Shown: piece after piece, positions 1-15,000 of the stretch
Layout of the letters: the number at the start of each line of letters is the position of its first letter
Numbering within the stretch: position 1 is the stretch's first letter
From: Balanoglossus misakiensis
Lineage: Eukaryota > Animalia > Hemichordata
NCBI GenBank assembly: GCA_040954595.2
Contig: CM082589.2
Coordinates: 982,690 to 1,046,689 of the forward strand
DNA length: 64,000 nt
Direction of reading: 5' to 3'
The notes under the pieces: generated by a model
Databases searched by the model: none
The model's input: the letters and a program-made list of their open reading frames with translations, nothing else
What the model was told of the DNA's origin: nothing
Made by a program: the position numbers and the translations under genes

Positions 1-280
1 CCCCACCTTTTAATGAGCTCTGATCGTTTCGATCGCTTTCAGCTTGCTGGCGATCGCTGTCGATGTTATTTTGCTGTGGGGTTATCACAACAGGATCGAC
101 AGGTGCACCACTTGTACTGTTATGAGCGTTCTCGTCAGCAGGTTGTTCTGCTAAAGTTGCTACCTTCTCGTCTGTCTGTTCTGTGTTGCTGTCAGCTATA
201 TTATCGACCTTACCGTCGTTCTCATTTTCTTCTGCTTTCTGATTGTCAGTCACTTCTTGATCTTCGCCAGTTTTGCTCAT
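1..280 (-). CDS. 5' coding portion of an unidentified gene (acidic, low-complexity N-terminus), open off the left edge
   Basis: ATG at 280-278 in AAAATGA context, then a stop-free frame to base 1: MSKTGEDQEVTDNQKAEENENDGKVDNIADSNTEQTDEKVATLAEQPADENAHNSTSGAPVDPVVITPQQNNIDSDRQQAESDRNDQSSLKGG. Absent from the ORF track because it has no stop in the window. No family recognised. Confidence 0.6.
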   Translation of the reverse strand, partial: MSKTGEDQEVTDNQKAEENENDGKVDNIADSNTEQTDEKVATLAEQPADENAHNSTSGAPVDPVVITPQQNNIDSDRQQAESDRNDQSSLKGG

Positions 281-895
281 TTTCAGCGCGTCGATCACGC
301 TGTCCGATTGACCGCCACCATGTAGTAATGCTGTACGCCGTACGCTTAGAAACCAAACACTGTCAAGTTGCTTATGAATATTCAATTACTTATTTTTTGC
401 TCACTAATGACCTGATGGTACCCCAACCGTAAACAAAATACACGCAGATTAACATGAAGTAAGAAAGTGACAACATCATGAAACATAATCAGACACTCTT
501 ATAGTTTAATTATGACATCGCATTATTTTTTATTTAATTGCTGATTGATAATGTTCAAAAAACAATGCTTTTACCCTCTCATACTCACAGCAAACGCCGG
601 CAACAAAACGCATGAGCTCTTCCTTGTAGTATCTCACCTCCTACTGAAATGGTTACATGAAATGCTATCTCGTTTGCTCACGTGGGATTTTGCGAGACCC
701 TGGTGATTCTATTTTTAGCAATCAATGAATCATTCAGATATGATTTTATAAACCTATATATTATCGTACGCGTGATTTCTTTCGTGAAATAGTTGTGAAA
801 TAAAACCACACGTCTTCACATATTTACAGTATGACTGTGATCACTGTTGAAATTTGACCTATTTTGTAACTTTCACTGATTATAAATCGGCTATT

Positions 896-969
896 CTGAT
901 TGGCTTATAGTGGATCACCAGAGAATACAGCAATGTGATTGGGTTACATCACCGGGTGACCTGAGGTCA
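896..969 (+). promoter_or_regulatory. Putative SQLE proximal promoter: two inverted CCAAT (NF-Y) boxes each followed by an SRE-like ATCACC, plus a TGACCTgAGGTCA palindrome
   Basis: ATTGG at 899-903 and 938-942; ATCACC at 914 and 948; TGACCTGAGGTCA at 957-969. NF-Y plus SRE pairing is typical of SREBP-regulated sterol genes. Motif match only. Confidence 0.45.
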
Positions 970-1262
970 TCTTATCGAGGTTATAGCAGTCGAAATTTCT
1001 TGACAGTGGCATAACAACCGAAGAAATGGGAATATCTACTGTGTTTTGACCCCCAAAATTGGCACATTTTGGCCTTCAGCAAGGACTTGAAGTATCATCC
1101 GAAGTCACAGGACCAACGCTGTAAAATTCAGAAGAGACGGTAGTTTTATAATCAACGCGTGACCAGACAACATTTCATAAGTCATAACTCGATATTTACA
1201 CAACTTCCTTATTTTTACGTTTTGACCAGTCTGAAACAAGTTATTTACAAAACTGCCTCAAT

Positions 1263-5300
<4,038 letters not shown>

Positions 5301-6044
5301 GAAAGACTTCATTCTGTATGTTTGGAAATAATTATTAACATAAAAAGACTGCAGTACATTCTATCCCATTTTTGCTAGCTTTTGTTTATTTGACCGACCA
5401 CGCAGTATGGTGACTAAGGGACATCTTAAGTTAATACTTCCAAGCAAAAGTGCAATTTGAACAATGATTATTTCAAACTGCTTGATAATGGATTTTAGTG
5501 AATGTGAGATTGTAATTTTTAAGTCTTCATCAAATTCCTACAATCAAATCTAATCATGTGGCAATGAAGTGAACAACACTAGTATAACATTGTCAAACTT
5601 TTTATTTATTATGTCATGATAAACTGACAATTCAAAGTTATTTTATAATGGTAACTGGGAAAAGAAATGTAGACCATTTCTACTTAAACAGCTGCATGTC
5701 TTTGTTTTCTACGCAATCTTAAAACAGGCCTCTAAGTGTAAACTTTATTGGAATAGTCCACATGCAATTACATCAAGATTGTACATTAGTGTGTTAAGAA
5801 TCTGGTAAAAGAACATAAAGTCATTGGACATATAACGCTGGTGTGATGACGGACTTCAAACTAAATGGGTCTTGATGTACCAGCTAACTAGGTTCTATTG
5901 CGTTGGATCTAATATCTACATGTATTGTAACTCTGTCGGCACCTAATTTTAGTGAACACTGTTGTTTTTTCAATAAAACCAATGTTTCATATTTTATTGA
6001 TTAAAGATCTTTTTTGTAAGCACCCAACACCCCCAAGTACAAAT

Positions 6045-7412
6045 CTATTCTTTCTGCCATGGTTTGGGTTTCTTGTCCATTGTGGACTGCATTGGTGATG
6101 TGTTTGTTGGCTGGATGTTCAGTTCCTCCACTCCTGGTAAGGGTTCACCCTTTTCAATTTTCTGCAGCAGATCAAAGAAAGATGATGGATAATGTGGTCT
6201 GCTGTCATTATCCTCAGAAGGGTCACTGACCCCTGAAGCTACGTCATCTGGCTTGTTACTGTAAATACTGCCCTCTGTGTCAGTTTTTCCAGCACCAACG
6301 TTTTTCTGTCTGTCTCTGGGCAGTTGATGTAACCATTTTTCATATTCACTGTGGGACACTTCGTGATAAAACCTGGAGAAATTTGAAATAAAAATTAAAG
6401 ATTAAAATATAAGATTCTACAGGATTCTCACTATGTGTGTTGTAACCCATGGCAAAACAGTAACTTTGATAAGTTGGCCAATATTGTGATTGTAAAACAC
6501 TGTTGAAGACATAATGCTAAACTGTAAGTTTCCAAAGCCACAAGAGAAATGTAAGCTGGGATTCTATACTGAAAGAAAGTGTTCACATTCTGTTACTTAC
6601 TTTGAAAAGTAGAACAATTTTGCCTGTAAGATGGACAGACCACCATGAGTTGCTGACATAATGCTTCCAAGTCCTGCTTGAAATTTCTGATCACTATCAA
6701 AATCATACTTATGGAATTCTTCATATATCCGACTTTTCTTTTCTTCATTGGCTAGCCTCACATCATTGATATTATGAGGTTTTGGAATGGGCAGATTCCA
6801 TTCTGCGTTGGATTTCATGTGATCTGTGACAAATAGAATAAGTGATGTTAATTTCCAAAAAAATATACAAATGAAAAGAAAGCTTTTTCAAAGTCAAGCA
6901 TTTGACACTGGATATTTACCAAGACAAGCAGTTTGCAGCCATTCAGCCACTGGTTTGGCAAGTTGCATCCAAACATCGATGACACGTTCGTCTGCTGTGT
7001 CTCCATAGCAACCCTTCAGCAGATCACAATGTCTCAACACAAAAGTCGCGTACGACAAAGGATTGCAATCTCCTAGAATCGTCGACTTTGCACGTTCAAA
7101 GTTCGTCGGTTTTTGTAGATAAGCATCCAACGTTTCAATGATCTTGGCATCGAGATCCTGTGTGGTCTGGTCACGTTTTACATTTTGCTGGGACATGACT
7201 GCACACAAACAAACCCCAGTGGTGTTTGTTGATAACTTTTCCATGTCGTCTGCTTCATCTGGATCTCCAAAGACCAGCTTCTCTCGATGGGTCTTTGGAA
7301 GCTTTTGCAAGAAATCTATCCCTTTCGGTGCATCGTCGGCATTCATTAACCTTGCAACATCAGAAATTAACCAACGAATCTGGTCTTCTTGATATTCAGG
7401 AGCTTTTTCCAT
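6045..7412 (-). CDS. PEX39: PEX39/C6orf226-like KPWE-motif protein with long N-terminal extension, 3 exons, ~347 aa
   Basis: Exons 7412-6920, 6823-6601, 6372-6045 join in frame via GT-AG sites (1044 nt). C-terminal half has YDFDSDQKFQAGL...AKLFYF, YPSSFFDLLQKIEKGEPLPGV and terminal KPKPWQ, as in the DUF5572/PEX39 family. Confidence 0.8.
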
Positions 7413-7624
7413 CGTAATTCACACTCCGTTGCTTCCCTCGACGAAACCTGTTCCTTTCCTATCTCCACGTGAGGTCAAAGTTCAATCACGTCGAACTTCA
7501 CGCCATCAACGGCAATGTACACTATACCGTTGTTTTCACATGTCAAAGGTCAAAACCTTGGTCCACAGATCCAGGTATCTCGGGGGTGTGGCGTGCAGGT
7601 CTCCTTGAGAAAACAAGAAGTACA
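7413..7624. promoter_or_regulatory. Bidirectional promoter/5' leader between PEX39-like and xylA, with E-box and two DR1 elements
   Basis: 212 bp between divergent ATGs; CACGTG 7466-7471; AGGTCAaAGTTCA 7472-7484; ATGTCAaAGGTCA 7540-7552. Confidence 0.6.
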
Positions 7625-10600
7625 ATGTCTGCCCCAAAAGCTAAGAAAGCAAGGAAGTCGGCCGACAGCACAGAGAATCGCTCTGAGTTTTTTCCTGGTA
7701 AGTAATATGCATATGCAAGTCGCAACACAATGATTTGGGAGAGAGCAACAAGAAGACGTCTGCTACCAATGGCTGTTGCAGAAAGTTACATGTATTCCCC
7801 ATTCGTGAAGCTTATTTACAGGATATGAATTTCCAACCAGTGGATGCTTAGAACATAAACCGACCAGTGAATGATCATAATATGAACCGAGTTTGTGGAG
7901 AATGCTAAACAAAACGTCGAAAACACCAGAAGGAATAGACAAGGCCAAAAGGGGGCGTGGCAACTCAGACGTTGGTTCAGACAGTCTTGTGTTATCTCAC
8001 TGATTATACAAATCAGGTGTGGAGATGGCCTCCGTTTCTACCTTTGCTTGTTGTTTGCTGTTCTCGTTCTGCTATTGTCAACTCTTGGCTGTAAAAAATA
8101 AATTACATATACTTATACTTGGCTGTTGTCATAGTTGAAGCATGGGGGTACCAAAGTGTATATTTCATGTACCGGACATTGATTTATCTGAAATTGTTTG
8201 ACAGACTATCTGATAAGGTCTTCGAACTTTTGTCATGCAGGAAAATTTAGATGATGTCGCCCCAGCGTGACATAACCATGCTACCCATGTCTGGAGTATC
8301 TGTGTACGAGTGCAGCTGTACAATACATCTCAGAAACAATGGGAAGTAACTGGCCTTGGTGACTGCTATGAATCAGAATTTACAAATGAAAAACTTTTGA
8401 AGGTCTTTTTTGCTTTGTTTGTAGGCATTGGTAAAATACAATTTAATAAGAATGCTGGACCTAATGATGTCATGTGTTTTAAAAGCTACAATGCTAAAGA
8501 GGTTTGTTTGGGTTTCTGTCTCTTTTCCATTACATAAAACAGTCTTTTTACATCAATCTTTCTGGCATGATTGTATCCAGAGAAGAATAATTTGTATACT
8601 AGTAGTATATTTTCACACAAACAGGTGATCCATGGTAAGACTATGGAAGACTGGTTGAGGTTTTCTGTATGCTATTGGCACACATTCCGTGGAAGTGGTG
8701 CTGATCCATTTGGTGCTCCCACCATCCAAAGGCCGTGGGACGATGGTATGTAGGTATTAAGGAACTTTGGTCAAGTTGCTTGCACTTGGAAATCAAAGAT
8801 TGACCAAGGCCGGTAATTATTTTGATCATATTTTTCAAACAGTTTTGTTTTATACATTTCATTTCCTTCAATTCTGTTCTCAGGATCCAACACAATGGAG
8901 AATGCAAAGAAAAGGCTTCACGTTGCCTTTGAGTTCTTTGCAAAACTTGGTGTCAAGTATTGGACATTCCATGATAGGTACAGTATTATCAATTTTACAG
9001 ACTCTATCACAACTGTTACTGGTTCATTATAGGTATTATTAATTACTTTCTGGTACTGTTACTGTATGATACTTGTATCAAATTAATCTATTCACGTTTC
9101 TAATTTCCCCTCATTCAAACCTGCAGAGACATTGCTCCAGAAGGTGACACTCTGGAGGAAACGAACAAAAACCTGGATGAGATAACAGACCTGGCTTTGG
9201 AATTAATGAAGAAAACTGGAGTGAAGCTGTTATGGAATACATGCAATCTGTTTGCTCACCCCAGGTGAGAAAAGAATCAACAAACTGTCATGTGGGTTAA
9301 TTATTTTGATTTCTGCAACATGTAATTCCGACTTTCCTTTAATCTGTAGGTACATGAATGGTGCGGCCAGCAATCCTGATGCTCATGTATTTGCATATGC
9401 AGCAGCACAAGTCAAGAAAGGCCTGGAAATTGCACTGAAACTTGGAGCTGAAAACTTCGGTAGTCATACTTTGATTCTGTTTAACTTTTCAAATACTACT
9501 TATAAAAAAATCATGAAAACCACTTCAGCACACATCCAAGAAATTGTCTTGTGTACACATTATGATATTGATTTCTTTCTTGCAGTTTTCTGGGGTGGAC
9601 GTGAGGGATACCATACCCTTCTGAACACCGATATTTTGTCGGAGTTGAATCACATGGCAAAGTTCTTCAAAATGGTTGTGGGTAAGTCAAGAGTCTCACT
9701 TACTTTCTAACCATCTGCAGAATTTGACTCTTTTTATAGTCGCAGAAAATCTGGTATGATTCTCTTGTTTTAACCCCATATTATTTTTTGCAGCATATAA
9801 AAAGAAAATTGGATTTAAAGGAACTTTACTGATTGAACCCAAACCAAAAGAACCAACAAAACATCAGTATGATTATGGTACGTACTCTGGTAATTATAAT
9901 TGTGAGTTCTTACATAGATGATCTCTCTGTTACGTGTACCCTCCCTGTTCAAATGAGAGCATTTGATTACATAAGAAGAAATTGTTGTATGTCCCACTTT
10001 CAGATGCCATGACAGTGGTCGCCTTCTTGAAGCAATATCACCTTGATGAAGACTTCAAATTGAACATAGAACCAAATCACACAACATTGGCTGGCCATGG
10101 CTATGAACATGATATTGTTATGGCATCAGCGTAAGTTGCTCTTTTGTCGAATTCTGTGTGGGTCACTTTCATGACGTCACTATGACTTTAATATCCATGT
10201 CTTCCTTTAACTTTTCCACAGTTTTGGTATGTTGGGTTCCATTGATTCCAACACTGGATCACCAGACTTGGGATGGGATACGGATCAGTTTCCAATGGAT
10301 GTTAAAAACACAACTCTTGTGATGAAGGTACATAGGAGTCTGTTAATTGTTTCTATTTCTGTTTGGTTGTTGTTGCATGTGATGGGAATGAGTCAGAAAA
10401 CTTGAATTCAGCATTCTGTCTTTAATAGTATTTAAAAAAATTATAAGTCACCTGATTTGATTTTTCTAGGCTGTCCTGGATCAGAAAGGTCTAAGCCCAG
10501 GGGGTCTCAACTTTGATGCCAAAGTTCGCCGAGAGTCGACTGACGTACAGGACATGTTCATTGCTCACATTGGGGCGATGGACGCCTTTGCTCGTGGACT

Positions 10601-11021
10601 GCGAAATGCTGTTTCCATAGTGACAGATGGAGTACTGCCAGGATTGGTCAGGGTAAGATGTGCACATTTTCATCATGACAGACAGTCATGTACTTTATAT
10701 ACAGTTTGCATTTTCACTTTCAAGATTTCATTTATAGTATTTTTTTATCAAATATCACACTACAGGAAAGATACAGCAGTTTCCAGCATGGCATTGGTGC
10801 TAAAGTAGAAAAAGAAGCAACTTCCTTGGAAGAATTGGAGGTAAATATTTTCCTGTGGTATGGAAGTGTGAATTGTAGGAATTAAAAGGCACACAAAGAA
10901 AAAGGAAATGATCGTTTCTGTTTTGTCTTTTCCGCAGGCGTACGTTCTGCAGAATGGTGAACCACAGAAGACATCAGGACAGCAAGAAAAATATGAGATG
11001 ATCTTGAACCACTATGTGTGA
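7625..11021 (+). CDS. xylA: Xylose isomerase (class II), 13 exons, ~455 aa
   Basis: Exons 7625-7697, 8425-8501, 8625-8745, 8884-8977, 9127-9264, 9350-9459, 9586-9681, 9794-9877, 10004-10130, 10222-10327, 10470-10652, 10766-10840, 10938-11021 join in frame (1368 nt). Motifs: [72 protein letters not shown]. Confidence 0.97.
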
Positions 11022-11058
11022 TTCTCTTTTTTTACATGAACGATTCAATCATGGAAAC

Positions 11059-11064
11059 AATAAA
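11059..11064 (+). other. Probable xylA polyadenylation signal
   Basis: AATAAA 38 nt after the stop codon. Confidence 0.5.
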
Positions 11065-12029
11065 TCACTATGCATAAAGATTCTTCAAAACATCAACAGT
11101 GCAATTATATAGTGGACATTAAATTTTTTATTGAAAAAACATGTATCTTCTTTTAATCAGACATCCTTATGACATTGTTATCTAACATCTGCAAATAAAA
11201 TGTTTATTAATGTTGCTTTAGATGAGAATTTGTGTGTTTCATTTCATGAACAAAGTTGCACATTTGAAATACTATGTGATGTTGTGTTCTCACTACTTTT
11301 AACTATGATGGTGCAGAGCCTGTGTTTAATCTTTACAAATAAAGGAGATATTTCCCCAAGGAAACAGTTCTGGTCTTTACTTTCTGGATGAGAGACATCA
11401 AAGTAACCCCTGGCAGATCTTTTAGGCATGGTACAAATGAGTTTTTGATGAACCAATTTTTGGCCAAATCTGGTGATATACAGCGCCCTCTGGAGACGCA
11501 AAGTTTCTTGCAGCACACTGACTGATTTCTCTGCGACTTCACTGATGTTTTATTATAGAATCCATGTGAAGAAATAAATAACTTGAAATGTAGTAGTACA
11601 TGTAAATGGTTAAACCGGCATTCGTCTGTTTGACAGGTTTATAAAAATGAGATGGTCTGAAGTTTGACCCCACATGGCCACATTGATTGTCTAGTTTGGT
11701 TCCACTTGTAAGTCAGGTGAAACACGTTTTATGTCACAATTACTCGACCCACGGACATACCACCATGACCACAGCTTGGACAAAAGTGGTTTCCTGATTT
11801 TAGAGTGTGTATTTATGTCGGGTCTAGCCTCTTTCCTTATTAAAGGACGCCGGCCGAAAAGTTTCCTGTCACACCATATAAATATCACTGACTTAGGTGG
11901 TATGAGCCCCCCTCCTAGCATACATTAGCAAAACGTGAGAACCCGGGCGACGTCGAAGAGGAGGGGTTTGATATTCCTTGGGAAGAGAGAAGATACTCTG
12001 GACATTGCTGAATTTTTGACGGAACAAAC

Positions 12030-15000
12030 ATGCAGCACTTTCTGCTGGTGCTGTTTCTGTCGGCCGCCTGTCTGGTGGCTGAAATTTCTTGTCAACTGAA
12101 CCAAGGCGAACGGGGTAAGTAACAGGGGGAGGGAGTTCTATTTGGTGCGGTCGGGTAGGACCTCGTCGCTTTTTCAAGTGACGCGTGCCCTGGTCACTGA
12201 AATTTTGAGTTAGGGAGAAAGTTATAGTCTTGAAGTGTCCGTTTTGGGCAAGAAAATCCCTCGGCGTGGGTTAGTATAAGGCAAAGTTTGGCAAAATGAA
12301 AGGAAATTGGGAGTGAGTTGGGCGCAGACCCCGGGACCCCTCACTTTTTGAGGCGTAGAATTGAAATGGACATGTGTGAATCCAAGCGGAAAAAACTATT
12401 CCCGTCGTTACGTAACTGAGAAGGTTAAGAAATGCCCTGGAATTGTGTTATACAAATTTGTTTTGTAACTTCTGCCTGAGTTCACTTCGTTCTGGCCCCG
12501 TAAATCGTTCTACTCAAAAGTTTCTCTTCATATATGATAAAAGGAAAGGCGCGTCCGTCAAGTTCAATTGCCAAGCTTAGATTTGTGTCGGCAGGTGGGG
12601 TGATGATGGTGAACTGAGCGTCCCCATTCCGCGTCCAGTTTCAGGTTTCATGGTAGTTGTCAAGTGTGACGTGGCTGTTCCATTATATGACTACCCTCCC
12701 GCTGTGTGCTCATTTCAGAAACTCCCGTGCAATGAACAAGCGCGTCATTGTATTGTTTATATTCAGCATTCTTGCTTGAAATTGACAACATACACTGCAT
12801 AAATTTGACCGCATACTGTTTAAAATTATTATACTTGATATGCAGACTTCAAAATCCAAGTCTAAAATGTCAAAAGTGGCCCGCACTTTGCTGAGTGACC
12901 TTGCTTTGGTGAAAAGTAAACATTTCTTTGCAAGATGGGGTCCCAGTGTAGGGTAATAAAAATAAACATACTCCAACAGCCTTCAAACAAATGTAGGCCA
13001 ACAGCCATGGTCAATGATTGAATTATGGTTCCTTTATCAATGGGTGGGGGACATAGCCGAAATTCTTTGCCAGGGGCTGGTGTAATGTGACCTCAATGGA
13101 CTTCTAAACATATTTTAATGAACCAATAAATTACAGAAAATGAAAGAAAAGGGGAGAGTCAGTCCTTTATTCATAGATTGAACAGTCAAATTCTGTAGTC
13201 AGGGTTGTACATTTAGTTACAAGGTTCGAGATATGCACTGTAGTTTTAAGTTTTGCCTGTGGTTGGATGCAAAACTTAAGTTGGTATACTTTAAGGGCTT
13301 CATAATCAGCAGACTCCTGTAGTGTGGTGACATAATATGCAAATTAGTTACCTTTTATTTAAGCACCCCTTTCACTTTAAGTCTTTTCACATGCTTTTGT
13401 AATAAAGCAGGTATTGTCCCAGGGGATGTATTTACAATTAATTAACATTTTAATGTCAGTTACTTGCAAAGATTAGGGACAAGGGTTAAGTTTCTTTTGT
13501 ACTGCAGAGACAAATAAAGCTAATGGTGTTCATGTATTGGGAAATTGCAACTGAGTAAAAGTTTGACAATTAATTAACCATGGTTTAAAACTTATGAGCA
13601 ACATATTTGGGTTTTATCACAGACTATAGTTAAATGTAAAAGCTCAAGGAAATCAATTCCTAAAGTAATAAATAAATTTTCTTCTCTTCCAAAAAGTTGA
13701 TAAATACCAATTATTTCTTCTCAAGGTTTATTTCCTGTAATCTTTAACTTGGCCGCAAATGCCCGTATCGATTCCAACGCAACTTGTGGTGAGAATGGAC
13801 GAGAGACGTATTGTAAATTGGTAGAACACGTCCCAGGAGAACCGGCGCCCAATCCTCAATGCAGGACCTGTGATGCCTACAGCTTTGATCCCAGAGAACA
13901 ACATCCGATCGAGAATGCTATTGATGGCACCAACAGCTGGTGGCAAAGTCCTTCCATTGCCAATGGTATGGCGTATCATTATGTGACGATTACTTTGGAT
14001 TTACAACAGGTATGTTGAAGTTAATTCTTATTGAAGAAAATCACATTGCAAGAAAAATACAATAAAACCTGTCATTACGGACACCTCTGTAATCCGGACA
14101 CCTCTCTATTAAGGACAGTTTTTCTGGTCCCAGAGGTGTCCTTAATAGACAGGTTTCACTGTAATTCAATGTGATTTGTTCTCAGGGATATACTGTTAAA
14201 CGGGTTATTTTCGCGACAGGAAATTTTCGCGATATCAACAGAGGCAACTGTTACGCGAGGATTAATTTTCGCGTTCTCTTACTTCATTTACTGCATCATT
14301 ATCTCCTAAAAACATTTTATGCGACTTTTTAATTTTCACGTTCTTTTGGCTCTCGCGTATTTTGCGAAAATTTATTGCTCGCGAAAATAACCCGTTTTAC
14401 AGTATGTATGTACTCCTTGTGATGAGGTTAATACTTTTTATCTAGCAAGCCAGCTGCATGAAATTATTGAAATAGGTTAGGTTAAACTTCCAGCCTTAAA
14501 TTATCAAAGTAAAGGAATAAAGATAAACTAGGGCAATTGGCTGTGGAGAGCCTGGTGTAAGATAACAGAGCAATGTGGAAAGACTGTCTGTGGAATTTAG
14601 GGTGTGACCTCACAGCTAGGGTATATGTTAACTGTTTGTGACCTCTGACCTATAGGAGTATCAAATTAATCACTGAAGCTGAGGATAGCTATTATGGGTT
14701 TGAGTAGTGGCACAATTTATGGTGGCTGAAATACAAACTCTACATTACACCAATGAAATCAGAAATCTAAGCCTGCGTTGACAAGAGCACTTTCCAGGCC
14801 CGCTCGGAAACAGTGCCGTGCCTGTGTTGTTAGACTTCAGTGTGGTTGACAGCTTTTTAACCATCAGAGGAAACGTCACTTGGTGCTGAAACTTTGGTAT
14901 ACATGTAAAAAAAAAACACCCGGTATAAATAGAATTGTGCTTGAGTTCTCTGACAAATTTCTGACAGCTCTTGACCAATGTGCAAGACCTAAAAATGTCA

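Noticed and set aside
13-432. 139-aa plus-strand ORF
   Set aside because: Antisense shadow of the more protein-like minus-strand frame at 280-1.
7625-11021. Bacterial contamination or recent HGT of xylA
   Set aside because: Twelve canonical introns, host-like composition and animal neighbours.
11200-12177. ORFs between xylA and laminin
   Set aside because: No recognisable homology; they overlap the laminin promoter, 5' UTR and exon 1.
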